Program-made: the position numbers and the translations under genes
Origin: Flectonema sp. DT1601
Lineage: Eukaryota
Reading direction: 5' to 3'
NCBI GenBank assembly: GCA_964019425.1
Contig: OZ025795.1
Coordinates: 1 to 64,000, forward strand
Length of the DNA stretch: 64,000 bases
The notes under the pieces: generated by a model
What the model was told of the DNA's origin: nothing
The model's database searches: none
The model's input: only the letters and a program-made list of their open reading frames with translations
In this document: piece after piece, positions 18,395 through 31,362 of the stretch
How positions within the stretch are numbered: the first letter of the stretch is position 1
How the letters are laid out: every line of letters starts with the position of its first letter

Positions 18395-20343
18395 CTATAA
18401 AACCCTGCAGATTCTGCGGACCACGTTTGTTGGAGGTCTTTGGAATTTGAATTGTGTTGGAACCCAGCTCATAGCACGATGTCTGAGCAAGGATGAGCTT
18501 GGTGAATGTGTGGGCTTCCTCGGCCAGAAAGCAGTGAACGGTCCGAAGTAATCATTGAAATTCGAACGATGCACAACTCCAACGAGTTTCCCTTTTAATA
18601 AAGACTCCCAGCTACTGGGAAACTCAGCCTGGGTGGAGAATATCAGAACATCGTTATCCCCCACTGCTTTATGTATCTCCGACATAGCAAAATCCAGAAA
18701 CCTTTCGTCCGACTTAGGAAAAACGGTCTTCAAATACAACTTCTGCTGATAGACTTCAGTGAAGATTTCACCCTGCAAGTTGGTCAGAGGGATAAAGCTG
18801 TCGCCTGCAGATGCACCTTTTGCATTGATCACAATGGACTTTCCATCTTTGATGTCAACTTCCTTGCTCTCGACTTTGATATTCCAACTACCGGCCTGGG
18901 ACTCCTTTTTGATTTCCTCAGCCTTCGATTCGCTCTTCGTTGAGACTTTGCATTTACTTTGTAGAACACGCGTGACTGGAACATTATTGAACGTCGGTGG
19001 GTTGGAGTCGTCAACCCAAAGCATCCCTTTGTGGAAGTCCTTGAGGCCTATAGTCTCGCCACCATCCTCATGTACCCTCGACAGAAACATTCGGAACCAT
19101 GCCCCGAACTCCTCCCACTGTACTTCACTAACTGCTGTCGCCCCTTGCCAACCTTGCAGAATGTGCCCGTTTTTCTGCTTTTTGTCAGTTTCTGGTTCTC
19201 AATTCTGAGAAGCCCATGCTGAGTGAAGGTACTCACATGAAGCTGCTTGCCCTCCCCAACTGGAATGTTAGCATCGTCTCGTCCTGGGACGAGCGTATCT
19301 CTCAGGAAGCAGGCCTTCAATAAGGCGGTCACATGATCAGACTCGAATCCCCCGAATCCCGATTTATTCGATGTCAGCTGTTCAGCAACTTCACTGTAGA
19401 GTTGGATATCAGTCATAGATTGCTCCGTATTGTTCGCAATGATATTCATCAAAACCTCCACGGCCCTGCCATGTCCCCCCATGACGCTGAGCTGCTCCTG
19501 GGTGATTCGGATTTGTTTCCCGTTTTCCAATGGGACAGTAATTAGCTTTGGCAGAGGAATCCATGCTTTCTCGGTGCTGGATTGCTTTAGAGCTTCGATA
19601 GCCGTAATACTTGCAGTGCAGGAACACAGCGGGAAGATGAAATGCCTCCGACGTTGGCACAAAATGTAATCGCCGCTCACAACGTTGCGAAGAAATATGC
19701 GGAGAGGGTCGTCTTCAGGTAGTTTCATGGGTTTCCCAGCCAAGTTATCATCAATCATCAGTAACACAGCTGATGGCTTGTCGTTGTCTTTTGCCAGGTA
19801 ATCCAGTACATCACCAAGGGTCAGCCCTTGATTTCCATTAGCGATCTCGAATTGACTATAATCGACAGTCTGATCAGAAAGGTGGTAAAGGATCCGCAGC
19901 GGGACTTGCTCACGAGTATTCAATTTCTTGTCCACCGGTGTGCCATTCTCAAAGGTTACTTGGAACACCAACACTTGGCTGAATGTCTTGGAATCTTCCG
20001 CCAGTTTCTTCAGCATCTTCGGCGCTTCCTGAAGTGCCCGGCTCTTGCCCTCGCCAATGCCACAAACAAGAAGGGGTACAGGACTGCTATTCTTATCTAA
20101 TACCTTCTTGCTGTTAAACTCATTTAGGTTGTTAACGAATGTCTTACAAAGCTCTTTTTTGAATCCCCCATTCTCTTGATAGTCCCATTCCGATCCAGAT
20201 GAAGAAACAAGAACACAAGGGTTCGATAATTTCTTCTGCATGTCTTCTTCACTAACTTTGTTCAAAATATCCGCAACGATTTCACGGTGTTGTTTCTGTG
20301 TGTAGATTGGTTTTTTATTGAACGAAGGGCTGTCGGTGGCCAA
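18395..20343 (-). pseudogene. Crinkler-like P-loop NTPase + PD-(D/E)xK-type nuclease gene; frameshifted (~19100-19200) with no ATG start
   Basis: Walker A-like CGIGEGKS, VTFENGT, Walker B-like LLMIDD and GGHGRAVE; downstream frame NAKGASAGDSF...EVYQQK...YFGPF. Confidence 0.65.
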
Positions 20344-20616
20344 TACAAAAAAAAGGTCGGACCCGATCAGGCAGGTTTACCCCCCGAAACAAATTAGACA
20401 TGAATCATTATAACTGGATTCTGTCCACACAAAATCGAATGCTTTAAATAAATTACCAGAGAAAGAAATGCTGTCAAATTGACCCGGGGACCACACGCAC
20501 TACAGGTTGAGCATCCCATGCCCTGGCTTAGGTTTTTTCGACCACGGAAAATTACTGAAGTTATGAAGTTTTTCTTTTTGTTTATTTTGTTATTAAAATT
20601 ATTGTTACCATTATTG

Positions 20617-21140
20617 TTACATTGGGATAAGGGAGATTTTATTGATCCAGTCTTCAATATCTTGGATTTTCCGTGTATTTGGGATATCAAGCGACCGTAA
20701 GCGGCGGCATCGTGCCAGGTGAGAGTGTAAAGCACATCTGTGAGGACGTGACGTAAGTTCAACAAGATTTCCATGACGGGTGGGTCCACCGCCAATTACT
20801 TTCCATTCAGCATCTCTACGATGCAAAAAGCCCATCTCCTTTCGATCAAATCGTTTATGACAAGTGTCTTCAGCTGAGTCACGTGTCCCACACAGTATCA
20901 GAAAGTTGGAAAAGGTGTCATCAACCCACCGCACATTAGCTTCGTCACAAAAGTCTGGATTTCTGAAGATATGTGCAACTGTACCGCCATTTCTGCCACA
21001 CACCATACATTTTTTACCAAGGGTTAAACTCACAGCTAACTTCAGGTCTGATGGCTTTCCCCCTGATGAACTGAGCTTTTTTGTTGATCCGTATCGTGTA
21101 AACTCTGGATCGAAGAAGTTCTCAAATGGTGCGGCTGCCG
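20617..21140 (-). CDS. HNH-type endonuclease domain (fragment or exon)
   Basis: CMVC...VAHI...NFLILC...CHKRFD; the frame stays open upstream to an ACTAACAG possible splice acceptor at ~21145. Confidence 0.65.
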
Positions 21141-21884
21141 CCTGTTAGTGTTTAAATGAGTTGCTTTTCAGGTTGTTGTGGGTTACAGGGCCCCCGTGAA
21201 ACTTTGACAATGTAAAAACAGTAACAACTTTAGGTATTAAAAACAAATTAGTATCAAGTACTTGACTGGAAAATATTTTTAGTTGTTAATCAAAGAAAAT
21301 TACGTTTAGAAAAAAGAAAACATAAAAAGAGAAAACTATATTTTTTGTCTTATTGACCAGAAGACGTTGTCGAATCTGGTAATTCGGGGACCACGTACTA
21401 ACATATGCCCTGTAGTAAACAGGTTGAGCGTCCTATGCCCTGTAGTCCGTAGACGTTTCGATTCACTTCTTGTTGAAGCTGGAGCTGGGTCTTGGTATAC
21501 CACATCTGAGGTTGCTTCATTTGCATCCACCTTAGGAATAGTTCTCCTTAGTCTTCGTTGTTTAGGCTTATGGAGTTTTAGTGGTGGAAGTGTAGTTGAA
21601 TTACCTCTAGTTGGACTCTGACTATCTCTGAGTGATTTCATAATCTCATCAGTTTGTCGTATATTCCAACCTTTGATTGCAGTTGGTGGTGGCAGTACAG
21701 GTTCCAGAGTAGGAGTCGGAATCCTGTAATCTGTATTCATGGTGTTGATGGCAACTGACTTGGCTCTGGAGGGTGCACCTTGAATTTTAAGATACTCTTC
21801 GGATTTTCAACTGTTTTCGTCACCTATTTTTCTGGTGTACAAGGCGTTAGGTGTTTGATCCTCGGTGACTCCATGGGTTGCGGT

Positions 21885-22286
21885 TCATCTGTCTTTTGCA
21901 TCTTCGTTATTTGAAAATGCGAAACCATTCCCTGGAGTGTTGAGTTCGTTTCGGGTTAGGGTCTCATCATTGGACATGTACTGATTCAGGATAGTACTAA
22001 TTTCCTCAAGTATTTCCTTGTGCGGTAAATTAGTGTACATGTCACTAAAGTCAAAGGACTTAACATTTCTATAGCTGAGACAAGTGTAGTTAGCTTTAAT
22101 ATACTTAGCTACCTCATCAACATTGTCAACTATGAAATATTTCTGTATTCCGGTTTTCCTTTCTTCCTCTTTTTCTATCGTTTTACTTCTAAACGAACGC
22201 GTTTTTTTTAAGATGCCTGACAGTTCTTTTGACATCTTGGTGGTTGTAGTGAGAGGTTTGCCTCTAAACAAACAGTCATAATGCAA
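21885..22286 (-). pseudogene. Penelope-like reverse transcriptase fragment
   Basis: Motif KSFDFSDMYTNLPH; flanks are interrupted by stops. Confidence 0.6.
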
Positions 22287-22523
22287 TGAGATGAAATCAT
22301 CAACTGCTGATTCTACTCCTTTGAGGATCTCATCGCTGTTATCATGTAGGCGATAACGGCCACCTTTGAGAAGTAGGTTTTTGAATCTCTTTGTTGTCAG
22401 CAGCTTTGAAGCGTGAATTAGAACGTGAGAGTCTGTTCGTTTATTCTTGTCAACAAAGTTTTAGCAAGGGCATTCGTTAGCCAATTTCAAATCTGTTTTT
22501 GGAAGAAACCTACTCTCCGTCGC

Positions 22524-22566
22524 ATGATCACAAAGGATGTCTCTGAGAGACATCCTTTGTGATCAT
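22524..22566. repeat. Perfect 43-bp palindrome (21-bp arms, 1-nt centre)
   Basis: ATGATCACAAAGGATGTCTCT-G-AGAGACATCCTTTGTGATCAT. Confidence 0.95.
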
Positions 22567-24969
22567 AATCTAAAGGTTGTGTCGGTGTAATGAAGTAATG
22601 CTTCTTAGCCATCACCAGTGATCAGTACAACAAAACGTGGTGTAAAAAATGATAAAACATATGTAGAATATGTAAAACTGGATGACCTGTATTAAATCCC
22701 CTGCTTACTTGTATCGGCTTTAAAGCACTTCACCTTAGGTGCCTTTGCACCTAAGGTGTAATCCTACCCCTTTTCCCCGTTTGCTCTTTTTTCAAAAAAA
22801 GTCAAAAAACCGGTTTTACCCCCGTCCGTTATTATGCGTTCAAAGAAAAAATAAAACATACCTCAGGTGCCTTCTTCAACACCTCATACAGGTTGTTTCT
22901 TTGCAGCTCCAGTTTCTCTAAATTACCGAACTTCAGTTTTGCGAGCTTCTCATTATGTGACAAGCGGGCGGTTTTTTCCATTACTCGAATTTTAAGAGAG
23001 TCGACATCATCAATAGCCAATCCTTTAGCTATTTGCTCGAGTTGTTCTGTGTTCGCAGCAATCTTCGCTGCATTCTGCGTTAATTCCTCTGTAGCATTCC
23101 ATGGAGGCAGAATGGTTGGGTCGGACATTATTTGTGGATTAGTTTTCCTGAAAATGAGAACAGAGTATGATGTTTATTATACCAAACTGTGGCTAAGGAA
23201 CTAACAATCAAAGCCAGAGGCAAAACCTTTTCCCCCACTTTTTTATCAGTTGTGTGTAAGTTCAGCATTTGATTTCGTCATTGTTTCGCGTGGCTTGTGG
23301 GGAAATCGGCGTGAGAGCGTGGATCGCTTCGATCTTCTTAATTTCGCTCTCTTTTGAGCTTATCGCCTCGCAAAAGGAAGGGTTGTTGGTGTTGTTCCTG
23401 TGAAGTAAAAAGAACTGAAGAACAACAAACGTGTGAGGCAAATGTGTTTGCGGTAGAGAGAACGTATTCTTTTGGTACAAGGTTGGCACACACAACGATG
23501 ACCAAAACAAGCAGTTCTGACAGTTCGTTCCTCTCATTCAGTTCCTTTGATGCAACGAACTTCTTCTTCGTTAAAGAGGTTGCTGTTTCCAATAGTTGTT
23601 CTAATTAGAGAGAACAGATAATATAACACAAAAGATAACAAACAGAAGTAATACTAGATTAAGAGTCGAGTAGTATAACAAAGTCCGAGCCTCAGGGAAT
23701 GTGACTGTCACGATAACGAACAGCATGCTAACCGATGCCGACATAGCCTGCAGTTCACACAACCTACGTACTGATAACCATAATTCTGTAAAGGAAAGAA
23801 AGTATAAGTTAGCAAAGTTCACAAAACGACCAATCAATCAAGGATTAATAATTAACCGGTTTCTTTTTCGAGATTTGTCAATAATCCATTTGTCCTCTAC
23901 AGCCAATGTTGTGGGTCGAAAGGTGAAACTGTGGATGAGATAATTTAATACATGCCTACAGCAATACTCAAACGTAGTAGAAGGAGATGTGCCTGTAAGA
24001 GCATAACTCAAAGTAGAAAGAATCGCAATACCTGAAATATAGGAGGTAATAAATAATTAGCGGATCGATATTAGTATTGGTGGAAAATAGATGAATCATA
24101 ACTACGTCAGATTCTTCGGATTCCTCGAAGGCTTCCGAGTTGGTGTCTTCAGTAGCGACTGATCCTGTGTAGAGTCCTGACTGTCTAGACTACAATCCGA
24201 ATCATTGTCACTCTCAGATTCGGGTCCTTACTCTTCGCACCGTTCTTGTTTTTTAGCTGCGATGCGTTGCGATAACATACAACAGTTATGATAGCTTTTT
24301 TGCTGGGGCTATCTGTGGGAAATGAAATAACAACAAGCATAGGTATGTTCATTCAATATTAGACTCTCACACATCGTTTGAATCAATCGAAGTGTAGTCT
24401 TTCTCTTTCTCCTCCAGTTACGTTGCTTGTTTCTGAATGGTCCTGTGCATGGCGGTCCACATTTTCGTGGAACTGCAGGGTCAAAGGTGGGTTCAACATC
24501 ATCAGTCATGTACATGCTACCATTAGATCCAATCTGAACCCACTGGACAAAGCTACACATGCTTTCTATTCCAGCACTTGTGATGAAGATACCCTGATTG
24601 TTAAGACCCGTTTTTATTTGAGCAAGCTTCTGATTCCAACATTTGAATATGCAAACTGATCGCAGGTGCCTCCTGCTTCACTACAGCGAGATGCTTCGAC
24701 AGTCACCTGGAGGGATGGTAGGGTGTTGCTGTTCACTCGGGTTGCGATAGAGCTGCTGTGACTGCTTCCACAGCCCTGAAAGTTAATTGACATTGAATCC
24801 CAATCCCACGCCAAACTTTAAATATCTACAAAGCGAATACTATAGAATGCACCTTGCAGGGAAAGTGGTTACGAAGAACCGAAATACCCCGTCATATGCT
24901 GCTTCCTAGAAGCAGCTTGGCAACCTCCACTGGTAGACCCTAAGCGAGTCCCACATGGTAGTTACCGAA

Positions 24970-25309
24970 GTTAGAATATGAGTTTATTATAAAAAAGTGC
25001 ACTAAAATAAAATATAAAAAAGAAAAGTTTTGAAAACACATTGTTCTGCTGTTCCATAATACACTGTGGAATACGTAGTTTCAGGCCTTAATCTTATACT
25101 ACTTGTCCCTCTTAGGCCTTCATCAGTAAGTTCTAGGGACTTCATTCCAGTTAAATAACAAATCGGATCCATCAATTAGTCTATTTCAAAAGAACTGATT
25201 AAATATAGTTAGTTAGAATACGAGTTTATCATAAAAAAGTGCACTAAATTAAAATATAAAAAAAAGAAAAATTATAAATCGCATTGTTCTGCTGTTCCAT
25301 AATACACTG
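24970..25309. repeat. Imperfect ~95-bp direct repeat pair (~24970-25065, ~25211-25309)
   Basis: Shared AGTTAGAATA..AAAAAAGTGCACTAAA..CATTGTTCTGCTGTTCCATAATACACTG. Confidence 0.85.
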
Positions 25310-25948
25310 AGTTGGACTATTACAAAGTAATTCTAACACAACTCTATCAGCAGAGATGTTACCAAGTTTATTATTAACATCGTGGAGTACGTTGGACTCA
25401 AAAGCAGATCTGTTGAAGGTGTGAACATATGTGAAGTAATTTAGTTTAGTTTAATTTCGTCAGATTGCTCGGTTTGTTTAAACAAAAAAGTTCGTCAGAC
25501 ATATAATAAAAATCTGACTGTGAAGATGGTTGTTCAGGCTTCCATGGAAAGGAGATGGAAGTTTCTTTTGAAGTGAAATAAAAATAGGTTAACAGTTTTT
25601 TTCATTTCGAGGCCATGTTAGTGTAGCATACCCACTTTTTGTTTAAGCACAAGGCTATGTTAAAGCCTTATCAACGGTGGAGACTCGACTCAGTCAACCC
25701 AGCTGTGTTGTATCATAAAAACATAAAGATAATATACAAAACCCTCTCATGTCACCATCACCGTAAAGCCCTCTCAACGATCCCTCCCTCCATGCAAGTG
25801 GTACCATTTCCCACTTAACTTACTCCTCCCACTTCCTCCACCACATCACTTGTGACATGTCCTTTCTACAAAAGAAAGAAAGATTGTAAACAAACGAACA
25901 GAACAAACAACAAATTAATAACCTAAAGTCAGCAGCAAAACCTTTCCC

Positions 25949-26951
25949 CTAGCAACCTGGTCCTCTAAAGCTAAAACCAGGTAATGGCGGCTCACCACGA
26001 ACAGTGACGCAGGCTTCAATGTATGCCCGTCGCTCATCCTCGGTTGGTGCGCTGCGTTCCCTAAAAAGTGTTTCGATGGCGGCTCTGTCGGGAATTTTTG
26101 CGTAGAAATAGATAAGGGCGCACGTTGCCAGTGATGATCTGCCAGATAGTTTCCAAGCCAGCTCTGCAGTGAGTCTATTGGAACTTGATTTTGTGCACAT
26201 CGTACAATTCTTAATTACTGCGGCTGCTATTTGTGAGTCCGGTGTTCTAGTACTACGTAGAATCGTCATCCCTAAGGTTATCGACAAGTCGCTGTAACCT
26301 GGAATTCCCATCAAGGAAGCTAATACTTCGGAAGCTTCCACTACTGTTTCCTTATTGTCGAGTTCAATGTTATTCACATAGCACTCAGCTGCTAAGACAA
26401 TATCATCATCAGTAGAAGTTTCATAAGGTCGTATATTTTTCGAATCGGTTGATCTTCTGACATGAACAGCCCACGAATTAGGAATGTAACAACTGTCCCT
26501 ACGATTTCCAGAAGGCGCTGCGCATGTTTGAAATGCTTTAGAGAAAGGACAGCAGGTGTAACTAGAGAGTCAGTTATCTCGTCTCAGGCAGCCAAGGTTT
26601 TCACAGCCAAAGATGAATACATTAACCTCGAACACAATATTAATACATTTTGTCGCACGTCATCATTTATACAGTGATCCCATGAGCTGATATCCTTCAG
26701 TATTTGAAGCACATTTGAAGTATCACCGGAACGAGCAAAAATTCTGCAAACAGGGTTTGCTGGATCCATTGCAGTAGGCCACTTGTTGCCACAGGGTTTC
26801 TTTCGTGTGTGACAGTGAACAACGATTTTTCTCCAGTGCCTTCATCAGTAAAACGTTCCTTTTGAGCATGACTGTACATTGTCGCTGTACAAATTAATCT
26901 GTAATTATGAAGGTCATTAAGATATCTCAGTGGAAAATGATGACTCTTCAA
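25949..26951 (-). pseudogene. Fragmented helical-repeat-like coding sequence (pseudogene or unresolved exons)
   Basis: Consecutive same-strand protein-like ORFs at 25949-26377, 26584-26769 and 26697-26951. Confidence 0.35.
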
Positions 26952-27154
26952 GTTCCTTACGTTTCTGTTTCAAAAATCCAACACGTTTGAGGCAGTTGTG
27001 TGCAAACCAAAATTGTTATTATTTTTCGTAACATGGCAACTGTAGAAAATGAAATCAATGCTTTCGTCAACAATATTGATCTGTAACTGAAAAGTTCCAG
27101 ATCCACTGTTGTTGGAATGAACATCTTTTTACAAAGTGCTTCCCCAGGTTCTCG

Positions 27155-28327
27155 TCAGACTGTTGCACTTTTCCTGGCTAAGAATTTCCCAACTACCGAA
27201 TCTCGAATAGCATGCTGTTGGATCTGACGAATCGAATCTTCCGCCTCCTTGTCTTTCTCCAGCCGTTGTCGTATTTTCCGCTCGCCTTGTTCCCGTTCCC
27301 GAGACTCTCGCATTGCTGTTTCTACATGAGACAGTTCCATTGTCTCCATAGTTTCCTGTGCCTCTGTGACATCTCTCGTAACAGCGTGCATTGCATTCTT
27401 GCTGTTGCCGCAAGCACGCAGAAATAGAGAATGGTGAATAAGTGGGAACTGATACTGCTGATAGAAATGTCGTTCCTTTTCTGACATTACTACCATCGGG
27501 TCTCTTGGTATAGCCGAGCCGATTCCAATGCTCAAATAAGTCATTTCACCAAAGTTGTCCCCCATCTGGGAAACGGACTCGCCCTTAGGATGTGCAACGT
27601 GTCTCATTTTACCGTGAGCAGCAAGTCCACGCTGTTCAACAGGGTCAACTCTGTCTGTGTATCTTGTTATACCAACAGGTCGGGATTGAGTGGCGGTTAA
27701 GATTACAGTATTGTGAGAGTGGAAGTTATTTTGCTGCATGAATTCCAATAGCGACGACATAGCTTTTCTCTGTTGAGTCACCGTCGGAATCCATAAAGTG
27801 CATTCCGGGTGCTGATCGATAATTTGTCTTTTGATATATTCAGCTCGCATGTCTTCGTAATGACGATTTAAGAATAATTTTTCATTAGAAGGTCGATACC
27901 ATTTCTCAGCGGAAATCTTGCAACTGAATGTTTGCCGCTGTCTGTTCTCCTTGAAGGAAACGTTGCACTGTCTTGCTAATTCTTTCAACGTGTGTCCTCC
28001 TATGTTAAGGCGGGACCACTCAGGAACCCCTCCTAAAGACACTGCAACAACTAACAGTTTATGATTCTTCCTCAAATGTGCACCCTTTCTCGTAGCCAGA
28101 GTTTTGATTTCTTGCTTGATGCCATCAACTACTCCAGTCTTGCCAATCCCTCCGAAATCAATATCATTTTTGATACCACTAACACCCCACTCATGAACCT
28201 CTGCACCCAGTGTTTTATCATTTATTTTTATATTGTCTCCCAATCGCTTATACACATCTCCCGCGTAGGGAACTTTCTTACGCACTAACTTATTAATCCG
28301 ATTAAACTCATCATCCGTAAGGACCAT
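27155..28327 (-). CDS. Hypothetical protein (390 aa, C-terminal coiled coil)
   Basis: Long ATG-initiated ORF on the coding strand; no family recognised. Confidence 0.75.
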   Translation of the reverse strand: MVLTDDEFNRINKLVRKKVPYAGDVYKRLGDNIKINDKTLGAEVHEWGVSGIKNDIDFGGIGKTGVVDGIKQEIKTLATRKGAHLRKNHKLLVVAVSLGGVPEWSRLNIGGHTLKELARQCNVSFKENRQRQTFSCKISAEKWYRPSNEKLFLNRHYEDMRAEYIKRQIIDQHPECTLWIPTVTQQRKAMSSLLEFMQQNNFHSHNTVILTATQSRPVGITRYTDRVDPVEQRGLAAHGKMRHVAHPKGESVSQMGDNFGEMTYLSIGIGSAIPRDPMVVMSEKERHFYQQYQFPLIHHSLFLRACGNSKNAMHAVTRDVTEAQETMETMELSHVETAMRESREREQGERKIRQRLEKDKEAEDSIRQIQQHAIRDSVVGKFLARKSATV

Positions 28328-28601
28328 TTGGTAGCTTACTGACCGTTAATATGATTCTCTCTGTTGATTAGTTTTAGTATTTAAGAAACACAAGTTCTTG
28401 CTTAGCATCCAATCATTTAATTATCCATTCCTTTACTGAGAATATGATTAGTTCAATAAATCGTAATGTTTTGTTAAAGAAAAAAAAAAAGTGCAGTCTG
28501 TCAGAAAATTGCAGAAACAATTAACCTGCAGCTGGTATAAATGGTACATAAAATTGATTCTTGCAATGGTTCAAGTGATTGGCACTCAGTTTGCAATAGT
28601 T

Positions 28602-31362
28602 TCAGATTATCCGAAGAGCAAGCTGCACGGCTATTGGAGGCTGCATCGTCATATGTGAAGTTTGAGTAACGAACTGCTTTTGAATTACTGTTAATTGCTC
28701 AGTTCGGAGTGCTTGCAAAGCAACTCGACGCTGCTGTTCATTTGCGACCAGTGCTGGTATTAAAAAGTTTCTGACAGATCGGGTAGCAGGGAGGCCTCCG
28801 ATATTCCACATAACCAACACTAGAGAAGACAGGAGACAGTTGCCGATCACGTCGCGCTCCTGCTCCTCTAACGAGAACATCGCACTACGACGTTGGTATT
28901 CCCTTTGAAGTAGATCTCCCTGACATAAGTCACACCTAACCCGGTGGCAAGTTGTAGAAAACGAAGCAGAAGTAGCCACCATGCTTTCACCAAAATTGTC
29001 CGCGGTAAAATAGTTGGGCTTCTTAATTGATATCCGATTACGGTTGCGGCTACTCTTTGAGTAGTTAGGTTTCTGTAGACTGGAAGTGTTTACTAGTTTT
29101 CTAGAATCCAACAATGGGGAATTATCAGTTGTGTTTAATAGCTTTAGTTGTTTTGAGTTTGATTTTAAAAACTCTGATTGTATAAGGGCTGGGCTGTGAC
29201 TGCACCAGTGTCGCTGTTCCGCCAACACTGCGGCAGCACGCTGCCGCGCAAGCTTTGCGCTGAGAACGTGTTCTGTTGCCGGTTCTTCAATGGGAGCATT
29301 TTTATACAAACTTTTGAGAAAATCGCTCTCGTCGTCTAATAACACTTTCCTTGTAGATTGTAAATCGGGGTAGCTTCCGGCAGATTGCAACCGCACACTG
29401 AATCGCTTTCCGCGAATAGTTTTCGGGATCGCAACTGGAAGTGGGTTGCGAGATGAAGGCATCCAAGGTCTCTTTCGCATAAGAGAATACCTGTTTATCG
29501 TTTTTGAAGTAACGTGATACCAAATACCATTTTCAGTCATCATACTGCTGCAAACATCTTCCAACTTCATCAGTGACAATTGTTGGTGTAGCAACGAATT
29601 TCCCTGAGTTCCTCCAACACTCTGACGAACTCGTGCACTGCGAGTAGGCCGATATGCTGGGTCCACTGCCCAGTAATTCTGAACATCAACCCATTCTTGC
29701 TCATCTCTAACTTGCCTGATTGCGTTAATAAGTATAGGATATTCTCCTCCTCGCATTGCCGCATGAAGAGCTGATGCAATGTGCTTAGCGTGAACAGTTC
29801 TACCTAAAGATTCATTCGGATAGTTGAGATGCTGAGAGAGGAGCAGTTCACCAGGTTCTGTTACAGTGCAGGCAATTCCGAGGACAGCCGCAATGCCGCA
29901 ATGAAGAATGTGAAGGAACCGATAACCTGCGGTAACAACATTACAAGCAGCCACAATGGCACTCAACGTTGCAGATTGTCGAAGTGGGGATCGTCTTTGG
30001 AGGGCGACCCTCGCACGGTCTTCTGATTGAATGCACGCTAATGATCTTGTTATGACTCGCTCTACGAATAAGGAAACTGCTCGCTGGTGTTTGCTTTGCT
30101 TCTGAGCCCTGTTGGCTTCTCGTAGGCGCAATTCACAGTCAGGAATTCGCAGCCTCCTCTTTTTCGTCGCAATTTTCAGCCACTGCGACCCCACCAAAAC
30201 TAAACAACCTGCCACGACAGCAATCCTCATTTCACATTTCCGGTACTCGCGAAGAGTAGCCGAGTTGGCGAGGTTTAAATTTCTTCGCGTTGTCTCCGAA
30301 TCTTGTACTGCGAGACTTTCTTCGAAGAGATCAGCAGCCTTACCGTAGTCACCGAGCAGGTACAAAACAGATCCTGTGGTTCGGGTTGTGAATTAGTCCC
30401 TAATAAAGAAAGAACAGATTTTCATCATTTTCACTTATCAGATTTGAAGAAAGCAACATACCCAGATTATTAAGAGCATCAATTCGAACATCTTGTGCGA
30501 CACTGCTACTCTTGAGTAATTGTGAGAGAAGTTGTTCAGCATTCGCCAGGAGTCCCAACTTGTAGTAGCAAATCGAAAGATTATTTGTTGTAATGTCTGA
30601 TCTCGCAGGATCTTTCTCTGGGTTAATAATTGTGAGAATGTATTTATACGTTTCCGCTGCTTCTTTAAACTGACTACTCTCTCGCAGAGAGTCTGCGAGC
30701 ACCTGAAACGCTCTGGCCATTTTTGGCGACGTATTTGCAAACGTGCTGATGTCAGCCCATCTGCGAAAGAATGGGATTTTTTCGACCACTGCAGTTTGCG
30801 AGAGACTGTTTACTTGACAATAGAGTGTTTCAAATAACCAATAACAACTTGAAAGGGAAGAGTATATTCCGCAGTTTAGAGACTTCTTAAGGCGGAGTTC
30901 GAGTGGAGCGAGCTCCAAGAGTTTCTTTGAAACTATAATTTTATTATAAATATGGTCTTGTGAAGCGCTTGAACCCAAGACTGCTGTAGTAGCTACACCA
31001 TCGGGTAAAAGACAAATGTGACCACTTGTGCTGTCGTAAGTTCCCTCGTCAGATTCACTTATAGAAGGACACAATGCCAATGCCACTACGTAGTCTGTAT
31101 TCCCTGCCAACTGTGCTGTCGCACATCTTGGAATCTTATACGGAAGTGGTACTCTATTCTCACAAAATAATCTTATCCTGTCAGCCTCCGCTTCGCCAAC
31201 AACAAAATAGCATGTACCTTCCTCAGTGATTGTCCCACCAACCCCAATTGATCTCATCTCTGCTAAACGACATTGGATGCTCTCTGAGATGACAATGCTA
31301 ATCAATTCAGGTGCGTATTCCTCATCAGAACACAACCTGACGTATTCTTCCAACCATCCCAT
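28602..31362 (-). CDS. TPR-containing protein, two exons (intron 30374-30461)
   Basis: GTATG donor, ACTAAT branch point and CAG acceptor; splicing restores DALNNLG-SVLYLLGDYGKAADLFEESL. Confidence 0.8.

Noticed and set aside
21635..21655. Hammerhead ribozyme near the Penelope-like relic (CTGATGA...GAAA on the minus strand)
   Set aside because: No convincing stem II or flanking helices visible.
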